64,000 nucleotides of DNA from the human T2T-CHM13v2.0 reference genome, Homo sapiens. Positions within the stretch are counted from its first letter, which is position 1. Every line of letters begins with the position of its first letter. A program made the translations under genes and the position numbers. Of this stretch, positions 1-14,230 are shown piece after piece. The stretch lies in NCBI RefSeq assembly GCF_009914755.1, contig NC_060944.1; one strand, given 5' to 3'. Below the pieces are notes generated by a model. It saw only the letters and a list, made by a program, of their open reading frames with translations. It was not told where the DNA came from and ran no database searches.

Positions 1-2429
1 TTAAATGCAAACTAATTCTTCAGTCTGCCTTGGAAACGCAAAAGCTGTTCTTTTACACAAAGATGAAACCAGCAGGCTCGCAGAGGCCAGTAACACCCAC
101 TCCCCTGCATCATAAGTTCCAAACAGTGTGTGAGGGACAGAGCCAGCGCCACGGTGAGGAGTAAACATCACACACGCCACACGTGGGTGGTTAGTACTGC
201 ATGAAGCCCAGGGGAGGCCCATTTCCTGGCATTCTGCTTCTATGTTTTAGTCAGTGCTGCATTCATGGGTAAGTTTGCATTTGATTTGCTTTATTTCCAA
301 AATTATTTCCAGCAATGGAAAGGGAAGTCGAAAGGAAAAAACCAAAACATTTCCCATCTTCCGTCCCTTTATATAGGGCAGCCTTAGCCCACTCATTACA
401 TCACCAAAGATCTATTGCAAATGTCAGTGAAAAGAAAATCTGTTTTGATAACAATGTCACTTTAGATGTATTTGAAATGTCTAAATGTTGGTGCAATTTT
501 GATACTAATAATCCTCCCCGTGTCCCAACCCTACTTTTTGTGGATAACCCCGCACAACAATCCTTGGTGGGAATGTCAGATGAAGACTTGAAAGGCAACT
601 GCTTTAAGAAAACCCCATACACACAGCTCATGTGTTCTTCTGATTTAAAAGCAGCTTTTTACTTTAGTCTACATTTGTAGTGGACATATTTAGCTTAAAC
701 CTTACAGCAAGATGTACCTTTCAGGATAAAACCCATGTGGAAACCTTTCAGGCAGAAAAGAATGGCTTGTATGGAAGTCTTAATAGTAATGGTAATAACA
801 AGGATAATGGCAGCGGCTGCAGCGGGGAGACGTCTCTGGAAGATGTTGGAGCTATCCTAACACTCCTCCATCCCCATTCACTGTTATCTGCCTGTCCCGG
901 AAGCCTGGCTTCCTTCTCTTCTCTTTTTTCCCACTTTTAGGAAAGCCCATGTCCAGGAGCAGCCTCCCTTTTGTTGCCTCCTGCAAGCCCTCTGTATTAG
1001 CACGTGTGTGTCTATTTACACGCACCATTAAGTGCTGTCCCTCAGTTAGAACAGGTGCTGAAGGAAGGGGATTGGTGTAGTCTAAGGATGTGGGGCACCC
1101 CCGCGCCCTCCGCCCCCATCCACTTGGAATCCCAAATCCCTAGCATCTCAGGATTGGGAAGGGTCTCAGGATTCATAGTCTCACTCCTATCAAAGCCATT
1201 GCTAGAGAACTTAGTTGCCATTTCCGGAATGCTCCTATTAAACTATAAAAATCCCACCTGAGATTGTAAAAACTTTTGCACTATTTTGAAAAAAGTCAGG
1301 GAAATGTGCTTCCCAGTTGGCATTTTAGTTGGCCACCCTTTCGGGGTTGGGCGGTGTGTGCGGCTATGGGTCCATCTCTCCTCTCACACATTCTCGAGGT
1401 TTGCACGTCCTTACCTGTAATTAATTAGTCAGCACACACTGTGGTGCTCCTACTGTGTGCACTACCAGCCAGCCTGTGAGTAAGGGGAGCAAGGAACAGG
1501 GAGAGGAAAAAGCCTCAGCTCCTGCCCTTCCAGGTTTTCCAAACCAACGCAATACCAAATGAGAATCCAAGATACCTCACTCCACAGAGTATTATCAAAT
1601 CAAATGAAGGGGGGACCTGCAGCCAGGCTGGAAGGTGGCATTGAAAGGGGAGAGATAGCAGGTGGAGCAGTGTTCAGAGGCAATGCCCAGAGGAGGAAAC
1701 ACACTTAAGTTGATGTGAAATGTTGAGGTCAAGGTGAAAATTGCAGTTCAATTTATGCAGTCCAATCTTCACCTAGAGAATGTGAAGTTGGGAGCTTGTG
1801 CATGCATATGTTTACTAGGTATTGAAATTGTATAGATGAGTAATTAATGTGTTTGAGATTGAAATAAGCTGCTGGTCGTCATTTTGAAATCTGTCTCTGG
1901 ACTTCCTCTTCATTAGAATGCAAACCTCAGGGCAGGGCTGCTGCATCAGGGTGGTAAATTGACTGAAAACCACGCCTAGGACTTCCAGGTGAAATCACCT
2001 GTGTTTTGTTTTTGAAGTTGCCAAGGTTTATTTTCTTCCTGCTGTGTTGTTGTTGTTGCTTATGACTGCAAGAAGAACATTAGAGTATCAGTAGAATCTG
2101 CGTCTGGGGGCTGATAGTCACCCCAGAATGAGAGCTGCCTCCCAAAATGAAAGAGAAATGTTTCAGCATATAGATGCCAGCTGACACGTCTTTGCTACTG
2201 TAATTCCATAAGTGTTCAGCCCAGACTGAGGCTGTGCCTAAGGAAAAATGAAAGGAATGTACCCAAGAGATTGAGTATTGGTGGGGGGCTATGGAGAGGA
2301 AGGGATCGGAGAGCCCCTCTGAGATCATAAACCCATGAGAGAGAAGGAGGAGCCTCTTTCAGAAGACAACCATACACCAGACTTGTTTGGACATTTATCC
2401 AGAATCTCCAGGATGGTCTATGGAGTTCA

Positions 2430-2620
2430 GGCTGACCTAATTCTCCTTAACAGAGTGACCTAGGGAGGGTTACTACTGTCCCACAGATTCAGTTTTAGCA
2501 TCTGTACCATGGGGATAATGACACCAACCATGCAGCCTTAAAGAAAGGGTTACATTAAGGTATGTGTTTAAAGCACTTAGGAGGAGGCCTGAGACACAGT
2601 AAGTGCTCAGTACACATGGG
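2430..2620 (+). mobile_element. MIR SINE (a further - strand MIR fragment probably follows at ~2640-2810)
   Basis: MIR core-like cagttttagcatctgtaccatggggataat...aaagcacttag...gacacagtaagtgctcag. Confidence 0.7.
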
Positions 2621-3569
2621 ATTTTTATTATAATGATCATGGCCTTGTCTATTCCTCAAATGAGCCAGGGAGGTTCATCTCACTGTCCCCATTATACAGG
2701 AGAGTAAAAAAGAGCTTTATAAAGATCAAAAATTCCATTAGATGAAATCGCTTCTTCAAGGTTATACATTCAGTGAGTGACAGTACCAGGAAGTAGCCAC
2801 ATGCATGTCTAATCCTCACGTGGGTGTTACTACCCCTGGAGATGAGCCTATGGCAAGGAAAGAAAAAACCGGATACCAGTGGTTTTTTGCAGAGAAAGTG
2901 AGCTTTGTTTTGAAACGGCGTGTCACAGACAATGTTGGCAAAGCCAAGGATGCTAGGCCATAAATTTGAGCCTCTGGAGGGCCCGAACTATGTAGCATTT
3001 ATTCAGTGAGTACTTACTGATATCCTATAATGTGCCAAGGTGGTGCTAGTGTTGATGATGCAAAAGTGAGTGAAACACTGAAGCAGAGTGCAGCTGCCAG
3101 GCCGGGGAGGGAGGCCAACCTGCGGTGCTGCATGAGAGGTCTCCCCACAGCAGCAGAGGGAGGGAGAGGTCCACTCCCACCGGGTGGGAGGGAAGTCTTC
3201 ACATAGGCCACAGAGGAAGTCTGGCATCTTGGGCTCTAGGATGAAAACAGTCACCATGCTTTGTGCGTAGCCAACCCCCAGTATATACTGGTTGAATTGC
3301 TAAATAAACTAGGTTTCTTAAAGGTGGTGGTACCCTTATTTGCAAAAAGGATAGCAAAACTCTGAACACAAGAATCCAGTCCTGCCTCGGGTACAATTTA
3401 TGGCTGTAAAGAATGAGGTTTATCTTAACAGACATTCCATAATGTACACCCTGAAATGAGTGCTGCCCCCTTTGGAACAGAATCCTGAGTGACTCCACAT
3501 TTATTCCTGTGATTTTGCCTTTATCCCAAACAGTTTTGGAACTCTTCTTTGTCAGGTGAAGAGTTTTGA

Positions 3570-3840
3570 TGTTTACAGGTCCCACCAGAAAGTCAAACTC
3601 AATTTGTTACTGCAGTCATACTTCATTTCTAACCAAAAATATCATTTCCCAGCCTGACTGTCCACTTGATTCATGTATTTTACCTCCGAAGGGTTTTTAG
3701 ACCATTTTCCAAATTCAAAACACCCTCTAAGGACCTAGTTTGCCACATTTGAAGTTGTTAGAAAGGATAAGCCACAGGCTCTAAAAGCAATTCCAAAGAA
3801 CAGGAGCAACACTACAGAAATCCTTCCTCAAGGACCCCTG
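3570..3840 (+). mobile_element. MARNA-like ancient TcMar-mariner transposase remnant
   Basis: ttttccaaattcaaaacaccctctaaggacctagtttgccacatttgaag...caggctctaaaagcaattccaaag resembles the degenerate mariner C-terminal region (after YSPDLAP, FPKIKSTLKGRRF-like). Confidence 0.6.
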
Positions 3841-5431
3841 AGAGGTGCCCAGTGTGCACGTGGCCCTGTAGAAGCCCTTGAAAAGTGAGAAATAGACCAG
3901 CATGAAAGATACACCCTTTTCATTCTCTGCCTTAGTTCTGAGACATTCCAGCTATCCAGATGTTACACAGCAAGAGAATCAACAGAGAGCTCGAAAGAAA
4001 AAACAAAATAAGCATAAAAGTAACGTGAAATTCTAGCGCTTGTGTACAGATGTGGGAGGGGAAGCCTGACTGAGTGGTACCATTTTTGCACCAGACTAAA
4101 ATTCACAGGGTTAAAGATTGTAGGAGGGAAGATTGCTCATCATAACACCCACTCTTCCTCTGGGGCATTTTTTTTTAGCAAAGCACAATAAGAAAATTAA
4201 AAATCTGTTATGCATCTGATAACCACCAGTGCAAAATTCCGATAAAAACTGGATTTATACACTCAAGCCTGAGATTCAAGTGATTCCTCTTTCTCTCTCC
4301 ACATTGGATCCAAGATGGCAGTTGGCAAAATGGACCTGACAACCCAGATGGGACAGAAAGAAAGGGAGCGGACAGGAACCCAAGGCAGTTTGAATGAAGC
4401 AACTCCAAGCAATAGTAAAGCATGGCCACCATGAACTTGAACTCTGACCTCAGATTAGCTTTCTTATCGGAGCCAATAAGGGAAACGAGCAGGGAAATAG
4501 AAGCGTGGAAAGGAAATGCGGCCTCCTCCTAGCACCAGATCCAAGGATTAAGGAAGAATAAGGCTATATGGGCATATTCATAATTTTTTTAAAGATTTAG
4601 TAGAAGATAGATCACACGGGGTTTAAAAACAATGCAGCTCTATTGTTTTGCTTCCAGTGTTTACTAGGCTCCAAGTGGTGAGAAGGAGAAGTGGGACATA
4701 AACATGGGAAATGCATGAAGCGGCTCTTAACTCAATATACTCACAGTGTGGGTGAGAAGGCAGCACATAAGTACATGCAATTATCCAGCTCTGCAGGAGC
4801 AGATATGAGTTCGTGAGCAGTCCAGACAGCAAGTGTGGACAAACGCAGGTCGGGAGGAGAGGAATTCCCTATTTCCATATGGATCTCCCAATGCTCAGCT
4901 TCTGCAAGACTCCTCTTCAGAGGTGCTCCCCCTGGAGTCAGCTGGCCTGGCATCCGCACTTGGACAGAGCTGCTCCGTGTATGCAGATTGGGTTTAATGA
5001 AGACCAGATTAAATGGCTGCTTTTTTTCGGACTCTTGCTCCCATGTGGAGTTGAAAGGAATCAGACAACTAAGTCAGCCACACCCTCTGGCCCTGGGAAG
5101 AGAGTGATGTTAGCAGGTCCCTCTGAGATAGGCATGGGGACATGGGTCTGGGCCTTGCTGCGTTGCCACCCCTCATCCCCATCTTCTGGTCTAATCACAA
5201 GACCACCTGCCCCCCACTGGAGCATATCCTGCAGTATTTTCCCAGGACTGGGACAAAATGCAATGACTGGTTTGGAGGCATGTACCTTTTCAGGTTCCCA
5301 GAGGAGTCAAAGAACAGTGTAAGTTTTGTTTTTGCTTTTCCTGATGTAAATGGATTGATTCGAATAGTGCTTTCATTTCTTTGGACGTAAACACCATTCC
5401 TTATAATAACCCATAAAACAGGTCATCGACC

Positions 5432-5852
<421 letters not shown>

Positions 5853-6589
5853 CTACACCCCTGAGCCTGTGTGGGAACCCAGACCTAGAAGATGAGACAA
5901 GGCTTTGCAGTGACTGCCAGAAACTAGGCCACATTCCTGTGACACCGAAATCCTTTCCTTCCTTCTCCCATCTTTTAAAGTAATAGATTACAAACCAAAT
6001 CTCATCAATGCCTAAAACAGAGCTGCTTGACAGAAGTGGGCTGGAAGGACCGGAGCCCTGCTCCCTGAACCCCATCACCCTCATGTCTGTCCCACTCTTC
6101 ACCTCCTCCCTGCAAGGCAGCTGCATAGAATGTTGACAACTGGACAGCATAGCTTGAAAATGCTGCCTCCTTTTTTTGAGGGGAAAGGGGGTGGGGGGCA
6201 GACTCGCAATTTTTAAGGTCCTTTCCAATTTGGAGTTTCTCTGATTCCCTGTGGCATAGTCACATAATACCCTCAAGCCATCTGCTCATGGGAGTAAATC
6301 CAGAACTTGCCTTCCCAACCTGGTTTCTGCCTAGACCACTGCAGTCACCTGCCTCCAGGAGGGGCAGCTCTGGTGCATTCACACTCCAGAGTCCACCCTG
6401 GGGTCAGGCTGAGGCAGCATCCCCCACGCCTTCCCTTTCCACCCAGCCACTGCATGCCCACAGGGTGCTCCAACAACTCTGACCTGCTTCCATTTCTTCA
6501 GACAACTAATCTCTTTGGAAAATTAACTACTGCTCCTCCCTGAGGTCTCAGCTGAGAGGTCCCGCTCTCTGAAGGTGTTTATGACCACC

Positions 6590-6815
6590 CAGGTCAGATT
6601 CTGTGTCCTGCCTGCATGAGCTAGTCTCCCTCTGCACTATTCCTGTGGTAGCTATTATCACAACATGTAATTATACATTGTGGGATTATTTGATTAGCAT
6701 CTTTCTTCCTCTTAGTCTTAATCTACATGAGGATAGGGACCATGTCAATTTCACTCATCATTCCAACCATAGGGCCTAATTTAGTGCGTAACACACCATG
6801 AATGTCCTATAAGCA
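6590..6815 (+). mobile_element. L2 3' end fragment
   Basis: ctacatgaggatagggaccatgtc...cctaatttagtgcgtaacac, an L2 3' terminal pattern. Confidence 0.55.
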
Positions 6816-6819
6816 TTCA

Positions 6820-7120
6820 GCTAAGTGAAAGAGGCTAGGTCTAAAGTTCTAGATGCTGTATGATTTTAGTGATATGAAATTTCTAGAAAAGGCAAACTAA
6901 TGAGGCAAAATGCTAATCATTGGTGACCTGAAGATGAGGATAGGAGTAAGGACTGGCTGCAAATGGACATGGGGAAATATTCTGGGGTGATGGAAGTGTT
7001 CTAAAACTGGGCTGTGGTGATAGTTGCATGATTTCATAAATTTCCTCAAAATGATAAGTGTACACCTACAATGGGTGGATTTTGTGATATGTAAATTATA
7101 CCTCAATAAAGCTGTTCAGA
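6820..7120 (+). mobile_element. Old L1 (L1M) 3' end
   Basis: gctaagtgaaagagg...tctagaaaaggcaaacta...aaattatacctcaataaagctgtt, a typical L1M 3' UTR terminus. Confidence 0.8.
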
Positions 7121-7989
7121 AAATGAAATGAAATGAAGCCGGATCTCACAGGTGACTGCGTTCACTCGGCTGCTGTCATATTTCCCTCTCTCCTTTGTCC
7201 AGCAAAGAGATGTGCACTATCAGCAGAAGCTGAGTGAATGGCCAGGCCAAAAAAAACTGCCTCTCCCACCCTCCCCTTGCCCTGAGCCCAGCTCAGATGC
7301 AGATGCTGAAACTGCAGTTCCTTTGATGGTATGCCAGAGCCAGGGCAAGAGAAAAATTCATGATGTCTAATAACCCTCATCTCTGGTTGCAGCTCTGTCC
7401 TCTCTCTAATTAAAGAGATCTCCTTTGGGCACAGCCCAGAAGTCAGGACATCTTTGCAGCTATCACTGCAGAGTTTAGCAAAATAACCAAGTATTGGGAA
7501 CTGTGGTACAGTCCAGGATTTTTTCCCCCGGATCAAAAATGCCCAGACAAGTTTTGTTATTTTTAGAGTTCTTCTTCTGACTACATTATTTTCTCCTCTG
7601 AATTAACATGGTCTTCTCAGTCATCATGCAGAATAGTTCAGTCCCAGTACATGAAGAATGTGGGCCTGGTATGAAAAGGGGCTGATTTACAAGCAAGGCT
7701 GATGTTCCGCGCTTCTCGGCTCTTACTGGGCCAGCATCTGTCCTGAGTTGCTGGTGCTCATGCCTTACCTGGTATTATGTATTTGGATGACCCCTCTGCT
7801 TACAAGTAGCACACTTGTCTCAAATTAGAAGACTTGGCCTCCAATGTAAGTTTTTCGTTTTCCCATATGCTAACACTGTAAATAATGGCCCTGGAAAATC
7901 TGTCATTAATTAGAAATTTTCACTATAGCAGTTTTTTTAATTTAACAATGAGATGTTATGTGACATTTGACTCTAAATAGGTCTGTGTA

Positions 7990-8830
7990 CTAGTATGGTA
8001 GGCTAATTGTAGTAACAAATAAACCCTATGTTAGTTTTCTATTGCTGTGGAACAAATTACCACAAACTTAGAAGCTTAAAACAGCAACCATTTATCATCT
8101 CAGATGTCAGACACAGCATGATTGGGTTCTCTGCTCAGGGTCTCACAAGGCTAACGCCAAGGTGTCAGCCATCAAAGGAGAATATCCGTCAAGGCAAATG
8201 CCTCTTACCCTTGGAATCTCTTTCAACAGAAAGAGTCCAGCCTCTTTTGAGGACTCCCCTGACTAGGTTGGACCCACCAAGAATAATCTTCCTCTTTTAA
8301 GGTCAACTGATGAGAGGCCTTGATTACACTTGCAATATCTGTTTTCAGCAGCACCCATATTTGCATTTGAATAACACCAAGGTGTGCACACATCAGAGGT
8401 TATCTTAAGAGTTCTGCCTACCACAAATGCCTAAATGCATCATGGAATGAACATAATAAGGGATTATTTCTTCCTCACACAAATATTCCAAGGTAGTTGC
8501 AGGTCAGGGCAGTAGGGTTAGCTCTTTCCATAGATCCAACCAAGGGCATAGACTGGTGGAGGCCCTGCTATTTTCAACAAGTGGCTTTCAAGATCTTTCT
8601 GAGCCTTAACGGCCAGCCAGCAGGAATAAAACACAGAGGCACATGAGACAAAAGGTCTTTATGGACCAAGCCTGAGAGTGGTACCTGTCACTTTGCCTGC
8701 TCACATTGGATTAAATAGAACTCAGTCACATGATGGCACCTAACTGCAAGGGATGCTGGGACATGCTGTCTTTAGCTGGGTAGCCACTTCTCTGTGAAGG
8801 CTTTACACCATGATTAAAAGAGCATCAGTT
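7990..8830 (-). mobile_element. MaLR LTRs: an MLT1 (D/E/F-like) copy at ~8027-8425 nested within an older MLT1 LTR
   Basis: The inner element begins tgttagttttctattgctg...aacaaattaccacaaacttag and ends ctgcctaccaca. Flanking gtaacaaataaaccc...attatttcttcctcac...aactcagtcacatg...aactgcaagggatgctggga is MLT1-like. Confidence 0.7.
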
Positions 8831-8949
8831 TTTGGTAGATAGCTAGACATACCTCTACCATGACTGAATTTTAGGGAAACAATCCAGAAGGAATACATGT
8901 AAATGAGGTATATTGTCCTCCAAGATTAAAAGTTGATATTGTAGAATCA

Positions 8950-9610
<661 letters not shown>

Positions 9611-10320
9611 CACACTTCATCATTATCAGTCCTTCCTGTCAGGGAAAAGTGTGTTTGGGAGAAATACAAAGAAAAGCTTTGAGTTGCCAAGATAGCATTT
9701 ACTAAATTTGGTCATAAAAAATGTTCTGAAACTTACTTTCTGTATGCTGTTCTAGAGGCAGCTCAAGAATTACAGAAATTTCCTTTTTTCTACACTCTTA
9801 ATTTTTCTACTTTATGTATTTCTTTTTGGCTCTTTAAAAGGCAACAGATTAAAAAAAATTAGAGGAAAAACATTTGTTCTACTAATGTGTCACTTGAGAA
9901 TCCCAGACAATACATAGTATCATTGAGCTAAAATGTGTTGTAGCCTATAGAACTTAGCACTTCTCTCAAAGAGAGAAGGGGAGACCCAATGAGAGAGGCA
10001 GACATGGGGTGAGGCCAATGAACACTCAGAAATTAAAAAGAATAGTTCTACCTTCTTGACTTATGTGTAGCAACTAAATCACGATTAGAGAAAGATACAT
10101 GTGTGAGTGTGTGTGTGTATACTTGTGTGTGTGAAGGTGTGCATGTGTACAAGGAAAATGGAAAATGCATTTCTACCTAGTGTCATAATGAAACTAGGTT
10201 TTCGGCCAAGATATTTTCCTTTTGCCTTTGCATATCTGTGGCCTACTGGACCCTTATATTGTACCTGTGTAGAAAGGAAGCCTCTAAGTCTAGTTGAGAG
10301 GCAAAGTGCCTTGAAGGCCG

Positions 10321-10432
10321 TGACCCATTAAGGAACCATATTGAAGAAATGTAAAGCCAGGCAGTAATGAAGAGCATGACCCATTAAGGAACCATATTGA
10401 AGAAATGTAAAGCCAGGCAGTAATGAAGAGCA
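10321..10432. repeat. Exact tandem duplication, 2 x 56 bp
   Basis: tgacccattaaggaaccatattgaagaaatgtaaagccaggcagtaatgaagagca at 10321-10376 and 10377-10432, no mismatches. Confidence 0.98.
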
Positions 10433-12554
10433 AATGAGGCCAGAGGTGAGCACGGTAAGTAAATTAGACCCAAGTGGGCAGTGAAATCTGAGAGCAAATG
10501 AGAGTGGTGAGGAAAGAGGATGAGAACGTAAGGCACGGGCCACATGGACTCTGCATCTTTAGCGTGCTGTTTGGCCACAGGGAATAGAAACCCAACAAAT
10601 AGTGGCCTAACTCCTAGATGCCTGTTTCTCTCAAGGGAATGGATTCAGAGGAGCCACTTCAAAAGCTAGTGCAGTGCTTCTGCAGTTTCATTAATGCATC
10701 AAGCCCGTTCCATCTTTCCACTTAACAGAGCTTCTCTTTGGTCCTCATAGTTTCAAGACGGAAGTGAAAGGACTGTGGGAGTCAGGACCTCACATGGAAT
10801 AAACCAGGAAGGCAGGAGGTGAAGATGAGAATGGAATGCATGAATTTGAAGTTGAGGAAGGTACAGTAGGTATTCATAATGATAAGGTCTACTATGGTAT
10901 GATTATGGAGGTGAGTGAGGTTGGATGGACAAGACCCTTGGAGAAGAAATCAAGAAATGGAGAAGCAGGTATTAAAAAGATCATCTACAGGTACATTGAA
11001 ACCTCCAAATATTAAAACAGAAGTGGTATTTTAAATGAATTATGACTCCCGCCTCCCCATCCCACATTCTATAACCTTCCATTGTCTTCATGGTGAGTGT
11101 AGAGAAATAAATGCCTTGGTGGAGTCGCTATAACATGCCATGAGTCGCTTGTTTTTCCTCATGTGCGGTTTCCTCCTAGCCTCTTCTACAGACCTCATAT
11201 TGCCCTGTGTTGGAGAGAGTGCCACCCTTTAGCCTGGGCTGCCATGCTCCTCGGCTCCTGCTGACTGAGACACTCTGGCAGAAGGCTCTTCCCTCCTTTC
11301 TTCCCATAGGACATGCTCTCAGCTCTCCTCCCAAGTCCTAGCAATCAGCTACAAGAATCTGCTTCATTACTTTCATCCTCCTTCCCTCCACTGCCCGGAG
11401 GACCAGGCAGGCTGCTCTCAGCTGCCTGATCTATTATTGGGGCTCAAAATACATCAAACTCTCTTAAAAGCCAAAACATTTTTTAAAAAAAGAAAGAAAA
11501 CCAAAAACCCAAAACTTGTCTTTCACTGACTGTATGTGGGGCTACTCACGTCGCCACTGCTTGCTCTTTTATTTGCCTGGAAGCTATTTTCTCAGTTTAG
11601 TTACCTCCCACCTAAAAGAGTTTAGTTTCCAAGATCTACCTTTAGGGAAACTTTTTCCCCGTCTTTGAATCTTTCATTGTTAGTACGTTCCTAGAAGTAT
11701 TTCTGTCCCCTTAAAAAATGTGAAAATTGCATGGGGCCCTCTGGGTCTCAGGCATCAGCCAGAAATGGGCAGGTGAGCTGGTTCTTCTAAGACTCTCTCT
11801 CCAGCAGAGGCAAAAGGGCTCTGAACAACTCCCCTCCCACATTCCCAAATCACCAAGGACAGCCCAGCCTCCCTCCTGTCTGCGCAAGCAAAGCTCCTCC
11901 CTCTCACATTGCTGTCTACACAGCCGCCCAGCAACTAGGGGAGAGACCAGCAAATGCATTCTGCTGACTCTGACTTTACCCCAGCTTTGAATTTTCCAGG
12001 TCTTTAGAATATAGCTGCTCCTGTGTGGCCATCTACATAGAAGTTCAGAAAAGTAAATGAATCTTCCTATTTCCCCCAAGTTAAGACACTTCTTGCCATT
12101 ATTTGATTGACAGCATAAATCATTCCTTTACTGTTTGCCAGCTGGGTCTCTGGGCTCCAGCAAGGAGGCTGAATACAATTTCATTATGAAACAGCACCTG
12201 ATTTCAGCTGATCCCATTCACTTTCACTTTGAGGTTAAACAATTCAAAAGATTCTTTTTTTCCTTCTTTCTGGCCCCTCTTTAAACTCCCTGTTTGGCGT
12301 TTCTCAGCTGCCTGCACTCTCCCTGGCCTGTAATCTCACAGACAAAAAGTCTCCCTCCGGTGACTCCTCCAGTGTCAGTTTCTGTGACAAGTATGGACAG
12401 GATTAGGTGACAGCCTACATCTGTGTCATCTTGCTTCATCAGAGGAAAGGGGAGGGGGCCACGATCTGTAAACCACAACCAGCAGGAATTTGTCCTGTGC
12501 AGTGCGGGCCTGTGATTGTCAAGGTTTGCAAGGTCCCCAGACTAGGGACCTCGC

Positions 12555-12676
12555 CTTTCCCTCGTTCCCTCCATCCCTCCCTCCTCCCTTCCTCCTTCCC
12601 TCCCTCCTTCTTTCCTTCCCTCCTTCCTTCCCTCCCTCCCTCCCTCCCTCCCTCCTTCCTTCCTTCCTTCCTTCCT
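12555..12676. repeat. Polypyrimidine (CCCT/CCTT)n microsatellite
   Basis: About 120 bp of nearly pure C/T. Confidence 0.95.
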
Positions 12677-12742
12677 GTCTTTCTAAAATTATTCTGGCAA
12701 ATCACAAGCAGCTTACAGAACACAGGGCAGCCTCCGCACCTT

Positions 12743-12860
12743 TGTGTGCACGTGTATGTCCGTGTGCACACCTCTGTGTGCACATCTCTAGGTGTGTGTG
12801 CACCTGTGTGTACACCTCTGTATGTGTGTGCACCTTTGTGTGTGCACTTCTGTGTGTGTG
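12743..12860. repeat. Degenerate TG-rich repeat with recurring tgtgtgcacc/t units
   Basis: Repeated tgtgtgcac(a/c) motifs. Confidence 0.85.
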
Positions 12861-13639
12861 ATCAATGTAGGTGATGCCCAGTATTCACAGGACACTTAAA
12901 AACCATGGGGAAATAGACCAGTTTCTGTATGTGACTTGCTGCATCACAAGGAAGTAAGGTGACTTTCATGGTGAGTGGGATACACTCAATTCAGAAAATG
13001 AGAAATCTCATGTATGGAAGGGTAGAATGACCTCTCTGTAACACAACTGTGTACACTTCAAGAGGTCATAGTTCAAATTGGAATAATCCTTCCTTCTCCC
13101 TCAGAACATGTCTTTCATATGATGAAAGACCCAGCATGGTACTCAGTAAATAATAACAGAATGACTGGTGAGGTGTGTAAAACTAATGCTGACAAAAGCA
13201 CTTGGTAGCACCGATGCTGTCCATGTCAGCTGGCTGATATGGCAACTGCAAGCCTTGTAAATGACATTATGAAGTTGAAGATGACTCCAAAGACTGAGGA
13301 GCAAGAGGGCATGCATTGGAGTGTACAGGTGTGGCTGAGACTGTTTCCAAAATGTACCCCAGGGGAAACATAAAATATTTGAGTGCAAAAAAAGACGGAG
13401 CGTATAAAGACACAGGCCAGCCTGTGCATTTTTTGGGTGAAGTTGTAGATAACTTACATTGGCAGAGTAGACAATCTGAGAACAGCAGGAGGGCAGTAGG
13501 CAGAGTTTGTCAAAAGGAGGAAAACGATTCAGAAAAGGCAGAAATTGACTCTAAGGCACTGAATGCAAACCAAGAGGAATGAATCCAATGATAACAATGC
13601 AGTCTAAGAAGAAATAACCCAGAGACTGGAAATTGGGTA

Positions 13640-13960
13640 TCCTCTATCCAGTATGGTGGCCAGCAGGCATGGATGGCTCAGGCACATGTGAAAGTGCCAA
13701 GTTTAAACTGAGAATTGCTGTAAATGTAGAACACATGAGATGGCAAACAGGAGGAGAAAGAAAGTAAAATGTCACATTAGTATTTTTATATGGATTCCAT
13801 AGTGAATGATAATATTTGGATACATTCAGTTAAATAAAATATTATTAACATTAATTTCATCTTTTTTTAACCTCTTTGAACTAAAAATTTTACTTCAGAA
13901 GTAGAAATTTTTTTCATTGCATATGTAGCTCACGTGATAGTTCTCTTTGATGGCCTTACT
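13640..13960. mobile_element. hAT-Charlie MITE, MER33/MER3-like
   Basis: tccagtatggtggcc...aactgaga...ctgtaaatgta...gataatatttggatac...ttaaataaaatattattaa...atatgtagctcac. Confidence 0.65.
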
Positions 13961-14039
13961 CCGGAAGTGCTTCTAACAGAGTTTGTGGAGAGAAGAGAAA
14001 AGGTGGAAGAGAGATAATATTGTGATGGTAGAAATTACA

Positions 14040-14230
14040 CTGGGCTCAGAGTTCACTTCCTGGGTATAGGTTATTGAGCATTACATAATTTCAGAAAACC
14101 TCAGTTTCCTCATCTGTAAAATATGGTGCTTGCTAATAATGTCTGTTTGACGGAGTTGTTGTTAAGCCTAAATAGGAAACCATGCAAAGCCTCTAATGGG
14201 ATACCTTGCATGTAGCAGAAGGTCCTCAAA
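14040..14230 (+). mobile_element. MIR SINE
   Basis: cctcagtttcctcatctgtaaaatatgg core. Confidence 0.75.

Noticed and set aside
366-377. CArG/TATA-like cctttatatagg
   Set aside because: It has eight A/T between CC and GG (a CArG box needs six), and there is no promoter context.
12407-12874. ORFs of 114-155 aa rich in PSL/GRKE/CV
   Set aside because: Low-complexity microsatellite translations.
13316-13582. Purine-rich 88-aa ORF that looks vaguely coding (possible pseudogene relic)
   Set aside because: I recognise no protein family, poly(A) or TSD; it would need tblastx to revisit.
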